Shown one piece after another: positions 27,694 through 40,099 of a DNA stretch of 64,000 nt; position 1 is the first letter of the stretch; each line of letters starts with the position of its first letter. A program made the position numbers and the translations under genes. A model generated the notes under the pieces. That model saw only the letters and a program-made list of their open reading frames with translations, had not been told where the DNA came from and made no database searches. Location: assembly GCA_964016885.1 (NCBI GenBank), contig OZ024748.1, positions 24,056,001 through 24,120,000 of the forward strand, given 5' to 3'. This DNA is from Eledone cirrhosa. Lineage: Eukaryota.

Positions 27694-30600
27694 ATGGCCA
27701 ATATAAGAGTTGGATGTGTGAACGTACGCGGCCTGGGGATGCCCTGGAAACAGGGCAAACTCTTAAACGACCTCAGGTCACACAGTTTGGATGTGGTAGC
27801 CATTTGCGAGTCCAGGATCCACGGCGAGCGACAGCTGGCCCCCATCTTCGATGACTTTGAGATCTACGCATCTCTCTGTCAACCGGGGGGTGGGGGCGGA
27901 GTTGCCGTTTTGCTGCGGAAACACCTGGGCCTCGTAACACAGACGGTACATCTGGACCCGGAGGGTCGACTGGTGGTCCTAGACGTTGACGGTAGTGAAG
28001 GTGGAGCCTTCAGGCTGGTGGCCGCATATGCCCCATCCGGGACACCGCGGCCAGACTTCTTCAAACGTCTAGAGACTTTTCTGGGAACGTCCCGCTCCTT
28101 GCTTTTAGTGGGGGACTGGAATGGAATCCTAGATGCACGTTGGGACTATGTGGGAGCATGTCCCGACAAAGGGGGGTGTAACAGCCTCAAACAGTTAATC
28201 GACCGATTTGACCTGGCCGATAGATATCGACTAGATTTTCCGACTGCGCCAATGTGGACGTGGAGTAATCGCAGCGGAACATCTAGATCGTACCTAGATA
28301 GGGTTCTAGTTAGAAATAAGGATAGGGACATGTTAAGCTGTCCACAAATGTTCATGGTTGCCTATTCAGATCACAAACTAGTGACCTGCATGGCCAACCT
28401 TGATAGAACCCATAGACAAGGACCCGGCTACTGGAAGCTGAACTTGTCGTTACCGACAAGCAAAGCCTACAGTAGACGGATTAGCACTTTAGTTAAACAG
28501 CACTTGACAGGGGCCATTGTCAACAACAGATGGTGGTACTCTCTCAAGAGGGCAGTTAGATTAGACTCGATAGTTTTTAGTAAAGAATTAGCGTTAGATA
28601 GAAATAGAACCGAGAAGGAACTGGTAGATAAAGTAGAAGAGGCAATTAGAAGTGGCAACGTAGCCAGCGTGCTAGCAACGAGAACGGCCTTGGACCAGTT
28701 CTTCGACGCAAAGCACGAGGGCTGCGTTGTCAGAAGCAAAATACGTGCTCTGGGAAACGAGGGAGCCAAAGCTGTTAGCTGGGCCCGAGTGACGGAGGCA
28801 AAAAGTGGCAACAAGTCCACGATTCGGTCTTTGAAGGACCAAAACGGACGCGTGATACGTGAGCCGAAGCAGATGTGTGCGGCTTTTCAGCGGCACTTTG
28901 CTCGGCTGTTCGGGGGGAGCGGCGCGCCGGGAGAGGCTATGGATTTCGGTCCATACCTCGACGGCCTACCGCGACTCTCGGACAGTGGGGCGAAGTTCTG
29001 CGAAAAGCTGATTTCAGCCACTGAGATAGGGGACGCGCTGAGCCAATGCGGCAAACGCAAATCTCCAGGTCTCGACGGTCTACCCTACGAATTTTACGTA
29101 GCAATGCCGGACTTATTCTCCGGTCTCCTGGAAGCGGTCTACTGCAACTGGCAACAGAACGGGAGAATTCCCAGTTCTGTAGCCGGGGGCGTGGTCACAC
29201 TAATCAGGAAGGACGAGAATAAGGGGGATGACATAGGCAACTTCCGGCCCATAACTCTGCTAAACACAGAGTTACAGATTTTGGCCAAGGTGTTGGCAAA
29301 GAGGCTGGCGCTTGTCGTCGAGAACCTGGTGGGAGAAGCGCAGACATGCGCGATCCCGACCAGGTCCATACACGACAACCTCCACCTCATGCGATACATC
29401 ATAGAGAGGGTAGGGTGTAAACCCGGCTTCGGTGGGGCCCTGATCAACTTGGATCAGTCTAAGGCTTTCGATAGGGTTGACCATCATTACCTGGATGCGG
29501 TGCTCGAGGCGGCAGGCTTCGGACCCGTGTTCAGGGGCTGGATTGCTGCAATGCACAACAGCAACATCTGCTCAAGGGTCAAGGTGAACGGTTACCTCTC
29601 GGAGCCGTTCCATATTACGCGATCCATTCGACAGGGATGCCCTCTCTCCTCCCTTCTGTACGTACTGACTCTCGAGCCACTACTGCGGAAGCTGGAGCTA
29701 TTGCAGGGCATCCCTCTGGAACCGGGACTGCGGAAAGCGGCGTCGGCCTACGCCGACGACGTGACAGTAATGGTGTCGAGCGCCTCGCAAATCGAGGAAG
29801 TCGGCACCTTACTAAAGGAATACGAAAGTCTCACAGGAGCGAAGCTGAACCGGGACAAGTCCATCGGTTTGCAACTCGGATCGTGGAGAGGCAGACCGAT
29901 GCCTTCCGATGGCGTCGTCGGACGCTGGACGGAAGGACCGGTAAAGCTGCTCGGGGTCTGGTTTGGTCCGGACCTCCAGGTGGAGAAGAACTGGAACGAA
30001 GTGACGGCCAAGGTGTTTGCACTCACCCAGAAGTGGGCCGAGTGCAAACTATCCTTGAAAGGTCGAGCGGAGGTGGCGAACACTTTTATAGCGTCCGCCA
30101 TCTACTACCGCTTGACCGTCGTGCCTTGTCCAGCCAAAACGCTCGCCAAAATGGAGCGCGCCCTCTTCCGATTCCTTTGGAAGAGGCGGGCTCCTTTGGT
30201 AAGAAGATCCATCTGCTGCCAACACCCTTCTAACGGAGGGCTGGGGATGCCGTGGTTGACGATGCTCAAACACGCGCTCAGGCTGCGGCATCTCTACGTA
30301 TTCCTCACCGGACAACCGGTGTGGGCCCCGTTCGTGAGGCGAGCCTTCCCACGACTCGTCTCGCTGACCGAGCTGCAGTCCTGGGTCAAGCAGAGACCGA
30401 GGAAAATGGGCGACTGGCACATCGAATGTGCTCAGGCGCTCACAGCCCTCCGGCAGGCGGACCCAGCGATCAGTGGAGACTCCACTTCGTCATTCTATAG
30501 AGGGTTGGTCCGCAGCAAGTGCGACGACGCGCTCGGTGAAACTCTAGGCGTGGAGGAAGATGAACTGGCCAGTCTGTTCGGTAGGACCTTCCGCCCGGGA

Positions 30601-31131
30601 CCGATGGACAACTTCCAAAAGTCCCTGGCCTGGCAGTGCTACCGAGGAGCTCTACCAGTTCGAGACAAGCTCTACAGACATGGGCGCCCGGGCAGGGACC
30701 CTGCAAAAAAGATCTGTCCGAGGTGCGTGCGAGACGAAGAAACCGTCGCGCACGCATTCATACACTGCCCGGGCGTCACTGACCTGTGGGGCTATGTAGA
30801 ACGACTATTGTCGCGGGTGGGACCAATCCAGTTGACCACCGAGTCCATTGTCATGATCAAACCGCCACCCTCCTTCAAAAACGAAGGAGAGGCGGTTTTC
30901 CTTTGTGTGATAGCTATGGCGAAAGAGGTTGTATGGTGGACAAGGTTGAAAGGGCTGAGGTCAGACACCTTTCTCTCCGGCCAACAACTGATTCTTTTTT
31001 TCAAATACCACTTTGGAAGAAGAATCAGGATGGAGAGAGAGGTGCTGTACCCCAGCAAGTTTTATGAAAGGTGGGTGAAAGTGGCGAGAATGGCCCGAGT
31101 GAATGGGCCTTCTCTCTATATCAGCCTGTAG
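27694..31131 (+). CDS. LINE ORF2: APE endonuclease, reverse transcriptase and C-terminal zinc finger, 1145 aa
   Basis: Endonuclease motifs NVRGL, GDWN, LDRV, SDH; RT motifs PGLDG, FRPITLLN, LDQSKAFDRV, RQGCPLS, YADD; CPRC...ETVAHAFIHC. Confidence 0.98.
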   Translation: MANIRVGCVNVRGLGMPWKQGKLLNDLRSHSLDVVAICESRIHGERQLAPIFDDFEIYASLCQPGGGGGVAVLLRKHLGLVTQTVHLDPEGRLVVLDVDGSEGGAFRLVAAYAPSGTPRPDFFKRLETFLGTSRSLLLVGDWNGILDARWDYVGACPDKGGCNSLKQLIDRFDLADRYRLDFPTAPMWTWSNRSGTSRSYLDRVLVRNKDRDMLSCPQMFMVAYSDHKLVTCMANLDRTHRQGPGYWKLNLSLPTSKAYSRRISTLVKQHLTGAIVNNRWWYSLKRAVRLDSIVFSKELALDRNRTEKELVDKVEEAIRSGNVASVLATRTALDQFFDAKHEGCVVRSKIRALGNEGAKAVSWARVTEAKSGNKSTIRSLKDQNGRVIREPKQMCAAFQRHFARLFGGSGAPGEAMDFGPYLDGLPRLSDSGAKFCEKLISATEIGDALSQCGKRKSPGLDGLPYEFYVAMPDLFSGLLEAVYCNWQQNGRIPSSVAGGVVTLIRKDENKGDDIGNFRPITLLNTELQILAKVLAKRLALVVENLVGEAQTCAIPTRSIHDNLHLMRYIIERVGCKPGFGGALINLDQSKAFDRVDHHYLDAVLEAAGFGPVFRGWIAAMHNSNICSRVKVNGYLSEPFHITRSIRQGCPLSSLLYVLTLEPLLRKLELLQGIPLEPGLRKAASAYADDVTVMVSSASQIEEVGTLLKEYESLTGAKLNRDKSIGLQLGSWRGRPMPSDGVVGRWTEGPVKLLGVWFGPDLQVEKNWNEVTAKVFALTQKWAECKLSLKGRAEVANTFIASAIYYRLTVVPCPAKTLAKMERALFRFLWKRRAPLVRRSICCQHPSNGGLGMPWLTMLKHALRLRHLYVFLTGQPVWAPFVRRAFPRLVSLTELQSWVKQRPRKMGDWHIECAQALTALRQADPAISGDSTSSFYRGLVRSKCDDALGETLGVEEDELASLFGRTFRPGPMDNFQKSLAWQCYRGALPVRDKLYRHGRPGRDPAKKICPRCVRDEETVAHAFIHCPGVTDLWGYVERLLSRVGPIQLTTESIVMIKPPPSFKNEGEAVFLCVIAMAKEVVWWTRLKGLRSDTFLSGQQLILFFKYHFGRRIRMEREVLYPSKFYERWVKVARMARVNGPSLYISL

Positions 31132-31420
31132 GTTGAGGAAAAGGAGGAGGAGAGGAAAGGAGTACAAGCTCTTCGTACTCCTGGAGATGAGGGTTGCACA
31201 TTTTTTTCGGGGGTCTGTGTTACCCATATAAACTGTCTCCCTCTATTGGGGAAAATCGACTAACTTTTAAATTCCATCTGTGATAACATTTTACACGTTT
31301 TTATTGTATGTAAACTTCCCCCTTTGTATTTGTCCCCTTCTTTTGTGCCCCTGTGGCTAATAAAGAAATATATCTATCTGTCTATGTCCATCTATCTATC
31401 TATCTATCTATCTATCTATA

Positions 31421-31480
<60 letters not shown>

Positions 31481-31484
<4 letters not shown>

Positions 31485-31858
31485 ATTTCGGAAGAAGGAT
31501 CAGGATGGAGAGAGAGGTGCTGCACCCCAGCCGTTTTTATGAAAGATGGGTGAAAGTGGCGAGAATGGCCCGTGTGAATGGGCCTTCACTCTACATCAGA
31601 CTATAGGTGAGGAAGATGAAAGATCAAGGAGCTCCTGAGGAGAAGGGTTGCACACTTTTTTCGGGGGGGGGTGCGACCCCCCCAAGGCGCCTCCTCCCTA
31701 TTGAGGATTTTGTTATTAAATTTATTTTTGTTATATTTTATATATTATTTTTATATTTTGTTATTGCCTCCTTCTTATTGAGGACGCCTTTTTATGTAAA
31801 CTCCCCACATTGTACTTATTCCACTATTTGATGCCCTGGTGGCAAATAAAAAGAAAGT
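31481..31858 (+). mobile_element. 5'-truncated sister-subfamily Tx1-like copy in the same TATC array
   Basis: Matches the ORF2 end and 3' UTR of the 21826-23665 copy; TATC repeats on both sides. Confidence 0.9.
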
Positions 31859-31898
31859 TATCTATCTATCTATCTATTAATATGTCTCTGTCGGTCTG

Positions 31899-32052
<154 letters not shown>

Positions 32053-32138
32053 TAAAGTGTTAAACAATATTCAATGATTATGTCAAAGAATGAGTTTTAG
32101 AGTAGATTGGAAGCACTCAACGGTAAAATAATTTTCTG

Positions 32139-32526
<388 letters not shown>

Positions 32527-32685
32527 CCTAAATTAATTTAATTGAATTAAATTAAGGGAGACATGTCCGAGACATGCGCCATATCCACCGTAGAATAAGC
32601 TCAAAGATTCCAATGAATAGATCCGAGCATTTTATATTTATGTTTATTTTATATATATATATATATATGTCAATCAATTTCTAGT

Positions 32686-32798
<113 letters not shown>

Positions 32799-33204
32799 AA
32801 TAAACGTGCTGCGGAGTTGCAAATGGGTTACATATGAATAAAGTGGTCCTTCATCAGTGATCTTCCAACCATCATCGGTATTTCTTCGCTTTAAAGACCA
32901 TATACCTCCGGTTGGTGCGAGCAACGGCTAAAGAAAGTCGTTGGGACATGTAAATAAAGGGAACAGTGAGAGTGTAAACAAACAAAGATGGTGAAGCAAC
33001 GAAAAGTGAGGAAGAGCGAATCAAGTCCACAAATTTCCATGAATATAAGTTCGGTGAAATCGTGACGAGAGAGAATAAAGACCATCAAACCTGGTTGAAA
33101 TGTGAGCAAGGAAGGAATTTCGCACAGCTCTAACGGGAGGAAGAAGGGGTCTAGCCTGTGAATTCGGTAAACATAAGTTCTGTGAAATCGTAGACGAGAG
33201 AGAG

Positions 33205-33247
<43 letters not shown>

Positions 33248-33254
<7 letters not shown>

Positions 33255-33449
33255 GTGAACAACACAATATATAACTACTGCATTACCAAAGGTTTCAGGA
33301 CTCTAGACAATATTAATATACGTCTAGATCGTTCATCAGACAGATAACCTCATTATCTGATGAACGATCTAGACGTATGTTAATTTTGTCTAGGGTCCTG
33401 AAACCTTTGGTAATGCAGTAGTTATATATTGTGTTGTTTACTTTCTAAT
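33248..33449. mobile_element. ~200-bp palindrome with hammerhead-like motif in both arms
   Basis: CTGATGA (33357), stem II GATCTAGAC...GTCTAGGGTC, GAAACC-TTT-GGTA (33400-33412). Confidence 0.75.
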
Positions 33450-33507
33450 TAAATAGCTCTGTTCTATACATAGAGCACTCTTTTTTCCTTTGCTTTATCT
33501 TCGGAAT

Positions 33508-33649
33508 TATGATGAAACAACCAAGCTGAAACTTCGAAGTCTCAGTCATTTTGCTCTCTTCAGAAATTATATCTCCTACACGTATAGAAAGCGCATTCAG
33601 AAAACACACGCACACGCACACACACACACACACACGCACACATATATAT

Positions 33650-33731
<82 letters not shown>

Positions 33732-33948
33732 TGTGTGTGTGCGTGTGTGTGTGCCTGTGTGTATGTCTGTGTGTATGTCTGTGTGTGTGTGTATGTGTGT
33801 GTGTATGTGTATGTGCGTGTGCGTGTGCGTGTGCGTGTGCGTGTGTGTGTGTTTTCTGAATGCGCTTTCTATACGTGTAGGAGATATATTTTCTGAAGAG
33901 AGCAAAGTGACTGAGACTTCGAAGTTTCAGCTTGGTTGTTTCATCATA
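33508..33948. mobile_element. Inverted ~100-bp arms around a CA/TG microsatellite, each with a degenerate hammerhead motif
   Basis: ATGATGA...GAAACTTCGAAGTC in the left arm; right arm is a near-perfect reverse complement. Confidence 0.7.
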
Positions 33949-33951
33949 CCC

Positions 33952-34040
<89 letters not shown>

Positions 34041-34072
34041 TATAAGAACAAAGCTTAGTAGTAGATAGATAT

Positions 34073-34103
<31 letters not shown>

Positions 34104-34346
34104 TACGCATACATACATACATACTTACATACATACATACTTACATACATACATACATACATACATATGTATTCTACATATATAAATATATGTAATATAT
34201 TTATTACTGTTATATATTTGTGTTTGAGTTTCTGTTTCTGTAATGGCAGACGATATAGATGTATTGTGAATGAATTTGAGTGTATGTAAGAGCATGTATA
34301 TGTGTATGTATGTATATGTGTGTGTACGTGCGCGTGTGTGTGTGTA

Positions 34347-34382
<36 letters not shown>

Positions 34383-34735
34383 CGTGTGTGCGTTTTATGA
34401 GTGTGTGTGTGTGTGTGTATGTGTGTATGTGTGTTTAAATAAATACTTAAGGAAAGCCAACATATGACGTGTGTAATTCCATTAAGCTAATACCGACTAT
34501 TGTCAGAAGCAGACGACATGTATAGAAGATGGCGACCACAAACTTTTACTTAATTCATTGAGCAGACGGTCCGCAATATGTCAGCCAACTGTGAATAGTA
34601 ACAGGAGGAAATATGGATAAAAAAACTTTCTTATTTCCAGAACTATTTGTTGTTTTTAGATTTTGTCTTTGTTTCACTGAGAATTTATTTTCTGTATATA
34701 TTTTTCTTATTTTTTCGTTTCTTGTCTTGTTGAGA

Positions 34736-34746
34736 CTACAACAACG

Positions 34747-34777
<31 letters not shown>

Positions 34778-34843
34778 ATACCACCACCATCACCTCCACC
34801 ACCACCTCCTCCACCACTACCACCACCACCACCACCACCACTA

Positions 34844-34908
<65 letters not shown>

Positions 34909-34954
34909 CACCACCACCACCACTACTACTACTACTACTACCACTACTACTACA

Positions 34955-35036
<82 letters not shown>

Positions 35037-35050
35037 ATACTACTGCTGTT
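34736..35050. repeat. (CTA)n/(CCA)n trinucleotide tract
   Basis: Direct inspection. Confidence 0.95.
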
Positions 35051-35073
35051 CCTGCTGTTATTGGTGGTATTAT

Positions 35074-35690
35074 TGCCTTTCATCCTCACGGGGTCGATAA
35101 AATAAAGTACCAGTAATCTACTAGTAAATTGCTGGCCTTGTGCCAATAGTAGAAACAATTAGCAGTTATGTATTGGGTAGATTTAATCTACTTTCCCTTC
35201 CTCTCAAAATTGCCGACTATGTGCCTATGTTAGAAGCCATTAAAGGATGAAAGGCGGCTGCTTAGCGGAATCAGTAGAGCGTAGGACAACATATTTTGCG
35301 ACATACAGTTACGTCCCTTTACCTTCCGAGGTTAGCTTTGCTTACATCCTTACGGGCTAGATAAAATAAAGTACCAGTAACATACTGGGTTCTTTTTAAT
35401 CGACTTTCTCCTCCTCCCAAATTGTCGGCCTTGTGCTTAAATAAGAAACCATGCGGTAGATTGGCAAGGGCGGTATATTGGCAGTATCGATAGCGCGTCG
35501 AACAACATGCTTTGCAGCATAGAGTTACATCCCTTTAAGTTCTGAGTTCAAATCCTGCCGAGGTTAGCTTTGCCTTTCATTCTTACGTGGTCGATAAAAT
35601 AAAGCACCAGTAAAACACTGGGGTCGATTTAATCGACTTTCTCCTCCCCCCCAAAAATTGTTGGCTTTATGCCTAAATCAGAATCCAATA
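35074..35690 (+). mobile_element. Cluster of 3-4 tandem SINE A copies or fragments
   Basis: Core GATAAAATAAAG(T/C)ACCAGT three times; heads near 35233 and 35469. Confidence 0.85.
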
Positions 35691-36169
35691 TTATTTTATT
35701 GTTTAAATTCTTGCTATGGCTAGACGTCTTTTACGAGGTTCGTGGGTTGTATACAAACAGATGTCTGCAGGATTTTGTATTCTCAACTCGTAGGAGGGAA
35801 ACAAACAATATCAAAAAGGAAATGATTTTAAAATAGGAGCAAAATCCACGTTCTCGAGTAGAAATCCTGGGGGTGAGTCGAGGCGACAGTTTTCTCTTTT
35901 AATTAGTCATACTTACTACCAAACTCACCACCACCACCCACAACATCATTACCAAAATCACAACCGCAACCACAGAAAAACTAAAAATAATAAAGATTAA
36001 AAACATTTTAAAAAAACAGTCAAACCTGTAACCACACAACTACCTCCACTGGAACTGGTACCACCAACAATAACAACGACAACAACAATAACACAAGAAT
36101 AGCCACAGAAATCATCACCACTAAGAACACTACCACGACCACAGCAAAAACAAATAAACTAGCAGCCAT

Positions 36170-37160
36170 ACACTACCACCACCAACACCACCACCACCAC
36201 CACCACCATCATCATCACAGTCATCACCACAACCACCACGACCATCACCACCACCACCACCACCATCATCATCACAGCCATCACCACAACCACTACGACC
36301 ATCACCACCACCACCACCACCACCACCATCATCATCACAGTCATCACCACAACCACCACGACCATCACCACCACAACCACCATCATCATCACAGCCATCA
36401 CCACAACCACTACGACCATCACCACCACCACCACCACCACCACCACCATCACCACTACGACCACCATCATCACCACCACCACCATCACTACCACCACCAC
36501 TGCCACCATCATCATCACAGCCATTACCACAACCACCACCACCACCACCACCATCATTATCACCACCACCACCACCATCACTACCACTAACATCACCATC
36601 ACCACCACCACCACCACCACCATCATCATCACCACCACCACCACCATCACCACCACTAACATCACCATCACCACCACCACCATCATCATCATCACCACCA
36701 CCATCACCGCCACTAACATCACTATCATCACCACCACCACCACAGCCACCACAATCACCACAACCACCACAATCACCACCATCACCACCATCTCCACCAT
36801 CACCACTACTACCACCACCACCATCATCACCACCATCATCACCACCATCACCACCATCACCATCACCAACACCACCACCGCTACTGCCACCACTACCACC
36901 ATCACCAACACTACAACCATCACCACCACTACCACCATCAATACCACCATCATCCCCACCATCACCACCATCACCATCACCACCACCATCACCGCTACCG
37001 CCACCACTACCACCATCACCACCATTATCACCACCAACACCACCGCTACCGCCACCACTACCACCATCACCACCATCATCACCACTACCACCACTACCAC
37101 CACTACTACCACTACCACCATCACCATCACTACCATCATCACCACCACCACCACCAACGC
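36170..37160. repeat. Degenerate (CCA/TCA)n tract with internal higher-order duplication
   Basis: Direct inspection. Confidence 0.9.
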
Positions 37161-38580
37161 CAACGACAAGAAGGCACAAATCTACAGAAAAAAAGAACCA
37201 ACGCCAGCTAAGACAGCAATATTAAAATATATAAAAAATAAAAACAGAAACTTCATCATCTTCTCTGTTGGAGACAAAAACCACAGTGAATAATGGCGTC
37301 CTTATTACAAAACAAAGAGAATATACAAACAGAAACTGAGGGTTTTATGGAAATAATCTCCAATACAACCATAGATATAAAAGACAGCGTCAGACGTCTG
37401 TTTGTCAGGGAAAAAAATGTTTCCCATGTAACGTTGGATGTTTCACCAATATTTTAAATAAAAGAGATCGAGCTGGAGCATTCCAGGAATCCTCATTAAA
37501 TTCTGGGAAGACAAGATTAACTGTCAATCCAGAAAGACTAAGTTAAGAAGCTTCTTTTTCTCGTCTTCATTTTTTCCGACCAGGATAACCGTATTCAGTG
37601 TAGCAGATGTAGATATTCGTGGACTGGGATCATAATTGATGGAAGGTTATTTGCACATTGATCTCAGATCATTAGATATAGATTTCGACTTCCGGGATAC
37701 ATACACTTACACCCATCTTCGATTACTACGAAATGTGGAGTGCTGCAAAAAGCCAATAACAGCAACTGTGTACAGATCGCAGCAAGTGGTTGTACGAGAG
37801 ACAGGTCGCTTGGTTTTATGTTACCTGCTCAATAATTTTTACATAAATGTATTAGATTAAACGACCACGTGTTTTGAGACTGCAGTATCTGTAAAGTTTC
37901 CCAAAGATTGTGATCGCTTTTCGTCAGACATGCATTGCCACAGCATGTCTTTTCGATGGAGCTATATATATATATATTTTTTTTTAAAAACACTTTAGTC
38001 TTTATTGTGTTGTATCAGATGAAAGAATGGTATTTAACTAATGTATTGGTACGCGATGGGGCCCACCCACAGCCCCGGCGGACAGAATGGAGAAGGCGTT
38101 TCCCCGGAGGACGGCAAGGGAGACGCGTTGGAAAAGTCACTCCAACTCGCGGGGCTCACACTATTGGTAGGCGGAGATTAAATATTTGGCTTCTTGTATC
38201 GGGAATGTCCTGAGTTCTGCCAAGAAAATTGATCGGGAATCGTTTTGAAAATCCTGATTCAGATTAAACAAGAAAACTCGGAAAAGACTCCCAACCAGAT
38301 CGATAGAAAGATAGACAGATAGATTGACAGAGAGACAGAATCATAACTAGATATATCTGTTAAACGTATAGCCGCAACCATCTAACCGCGTTTTATGTAC
38401 AAAACAGAGAAGACGCAAAACAACAGCAACAACAACAGAAGCAGCAGCAACAACATTTACAGCAACAACAACATTTACAGCAGCAACCACTTAAATGCTG
38501 TAACATCGAAGAGGATTACCCCCGTCATAGACAGAAAAGTCGTACAGGAATATTTTCCTTGCATCCCCCACCCCACCAAA

Positions 38581-38618
<38 letters not shown>

Positions 38619-38936
38619 TCAACATGAACGTATTAAACCGACTTCTGCCCTCCTACGAGTTGTCGTAAAACGAGGGGAAGGAAGAGGAGAGGGAAGACCG
38701 AAGTTGATTGATATGACGTGAGTGCGGAGATGAAGAAAAATGACCATTTTCGTAACTTAACATTAAAAAAACCCAGAAAGATTGATTGCACGTCAAAGTG
38801 ACCTGAAACGAGCAACCCACATCAACAACAACAGCAACAACAGCAGCAGCAACACTAAAAACTACAAGTAAAGAAAAATAATTGCATCAATAACAACAAG
38901 AATAACACCAGTTTAATTTACAAACTTAACTTCACC

Positions 38937-38967
<31 letters not shown>

Positions 38968-40099
38968 TAACAGGGAGTTGACAGAGTACATAAAACACAA
39001 CAGGAATATGTAGATAGAAGGGGAAACGGTGATAACCTTGTCCGAAAGACAAAGCCCGAAGTATTTCCGGTAGACCTCTTCATAAATCATCAGAAGTCTA
39101 CCAGCGTCTAAAATAACATTCAACCGAGTCTCGGATCATGCACCCTCACCTCTAATATTTTTGTATTTAAATATATGAACAAGTTGATTTTTGGTATATA
39201 TATGTTTTTTAGAGAACTTTGGAGAACAGCCCAGATTTTTGTGAAGAGACAACTACAAATCATAATAGCTGAAGTCGAGATGTCATTAAAGGTTCAAATA
39301 CTTTTGAGAATCAACGAAAACTCGACAGTGATCAACGACACACTGAAAGGAGGGTGGAAATTAAGAAACCACGCCTTCCTCCTACACCATTGTGTAACAT
39401 ATGCCAATAGCTATTCCATAGACAGCTGGGACTGTCCAGTTATGTCAGATATAATAAGCTTCTCTCCTAGGTCATTGTGCAACATATGCCAACAGTTATT
39501 TCACAGCTAACTAAGACAGTCCAGCTATGTCCTCCATAGGCATCATGGCAGCAATATTTAGATCTAGGAAGAAATCAATGCTCGGAATGGAGCAGGCGCC
39601 GACGATATTCTAACATGCTTATTACCAATATACAAATCATATTTTTCAAAAACATTTTTTGAAAATTGATAAAAAAAATATTTTTTTCTAATGAAAAAAT
39701 GATAAACAAATCAAAAATTGTTTCCAAGGATAGATACTAGTAATGTTGTTTAAAAAATTAATTAGAGACAGTTTTATCTGACAGATGTCAACTTGTTAGC
39801 TTCTCCATACAATGTTTTGTCTATATATGAACACTTCATTTTACAACATGTCAAATATATAAATATCATTCAATACATAGGAAAGATCCTTGAGATTTCA
39901 CACGAAAAGACGAAGATTTTGAAATTGAACAGATATTGTCTATTTAGATGTTTAAAGAACTGTATTGCTTCACACAGAAACTGACATTTTACATTTGGGA
40001 ATCTCCAAGTAATTTGTAAGAAGAAGAAGAAGAAGAAGAAGAAGGAGGAGGAGGAGGAGAAGTAGTAGTAGTAGTAGTAGTAGTAGTCTTTTAAAACAA

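Larger units (their letters stand above)
25527..31370 (+). mobile_element. Full-length intact L1/Tx1-type non-LTR retrotransposon in (TATC)n
   Basis: 5' UTR, two open ORFs, 3' UTR ending CTAATAAAGAAATA; TSD 25485-25526 vs 31371-31412 (40/42 identical). Confidence 0.95.

Noticed and set aside
36130-37179. Gly/Asp-rich 349-aa ORF
   Set aside because: Degenerate trinucleotide tract, also open in another frame; cannot be supported without transcripts.
38969-39620. Old LINE 3' fragment with (TAAA)n tail on the minus strand
   Set aside because: Suggestive only; no motif could be read with confidence.
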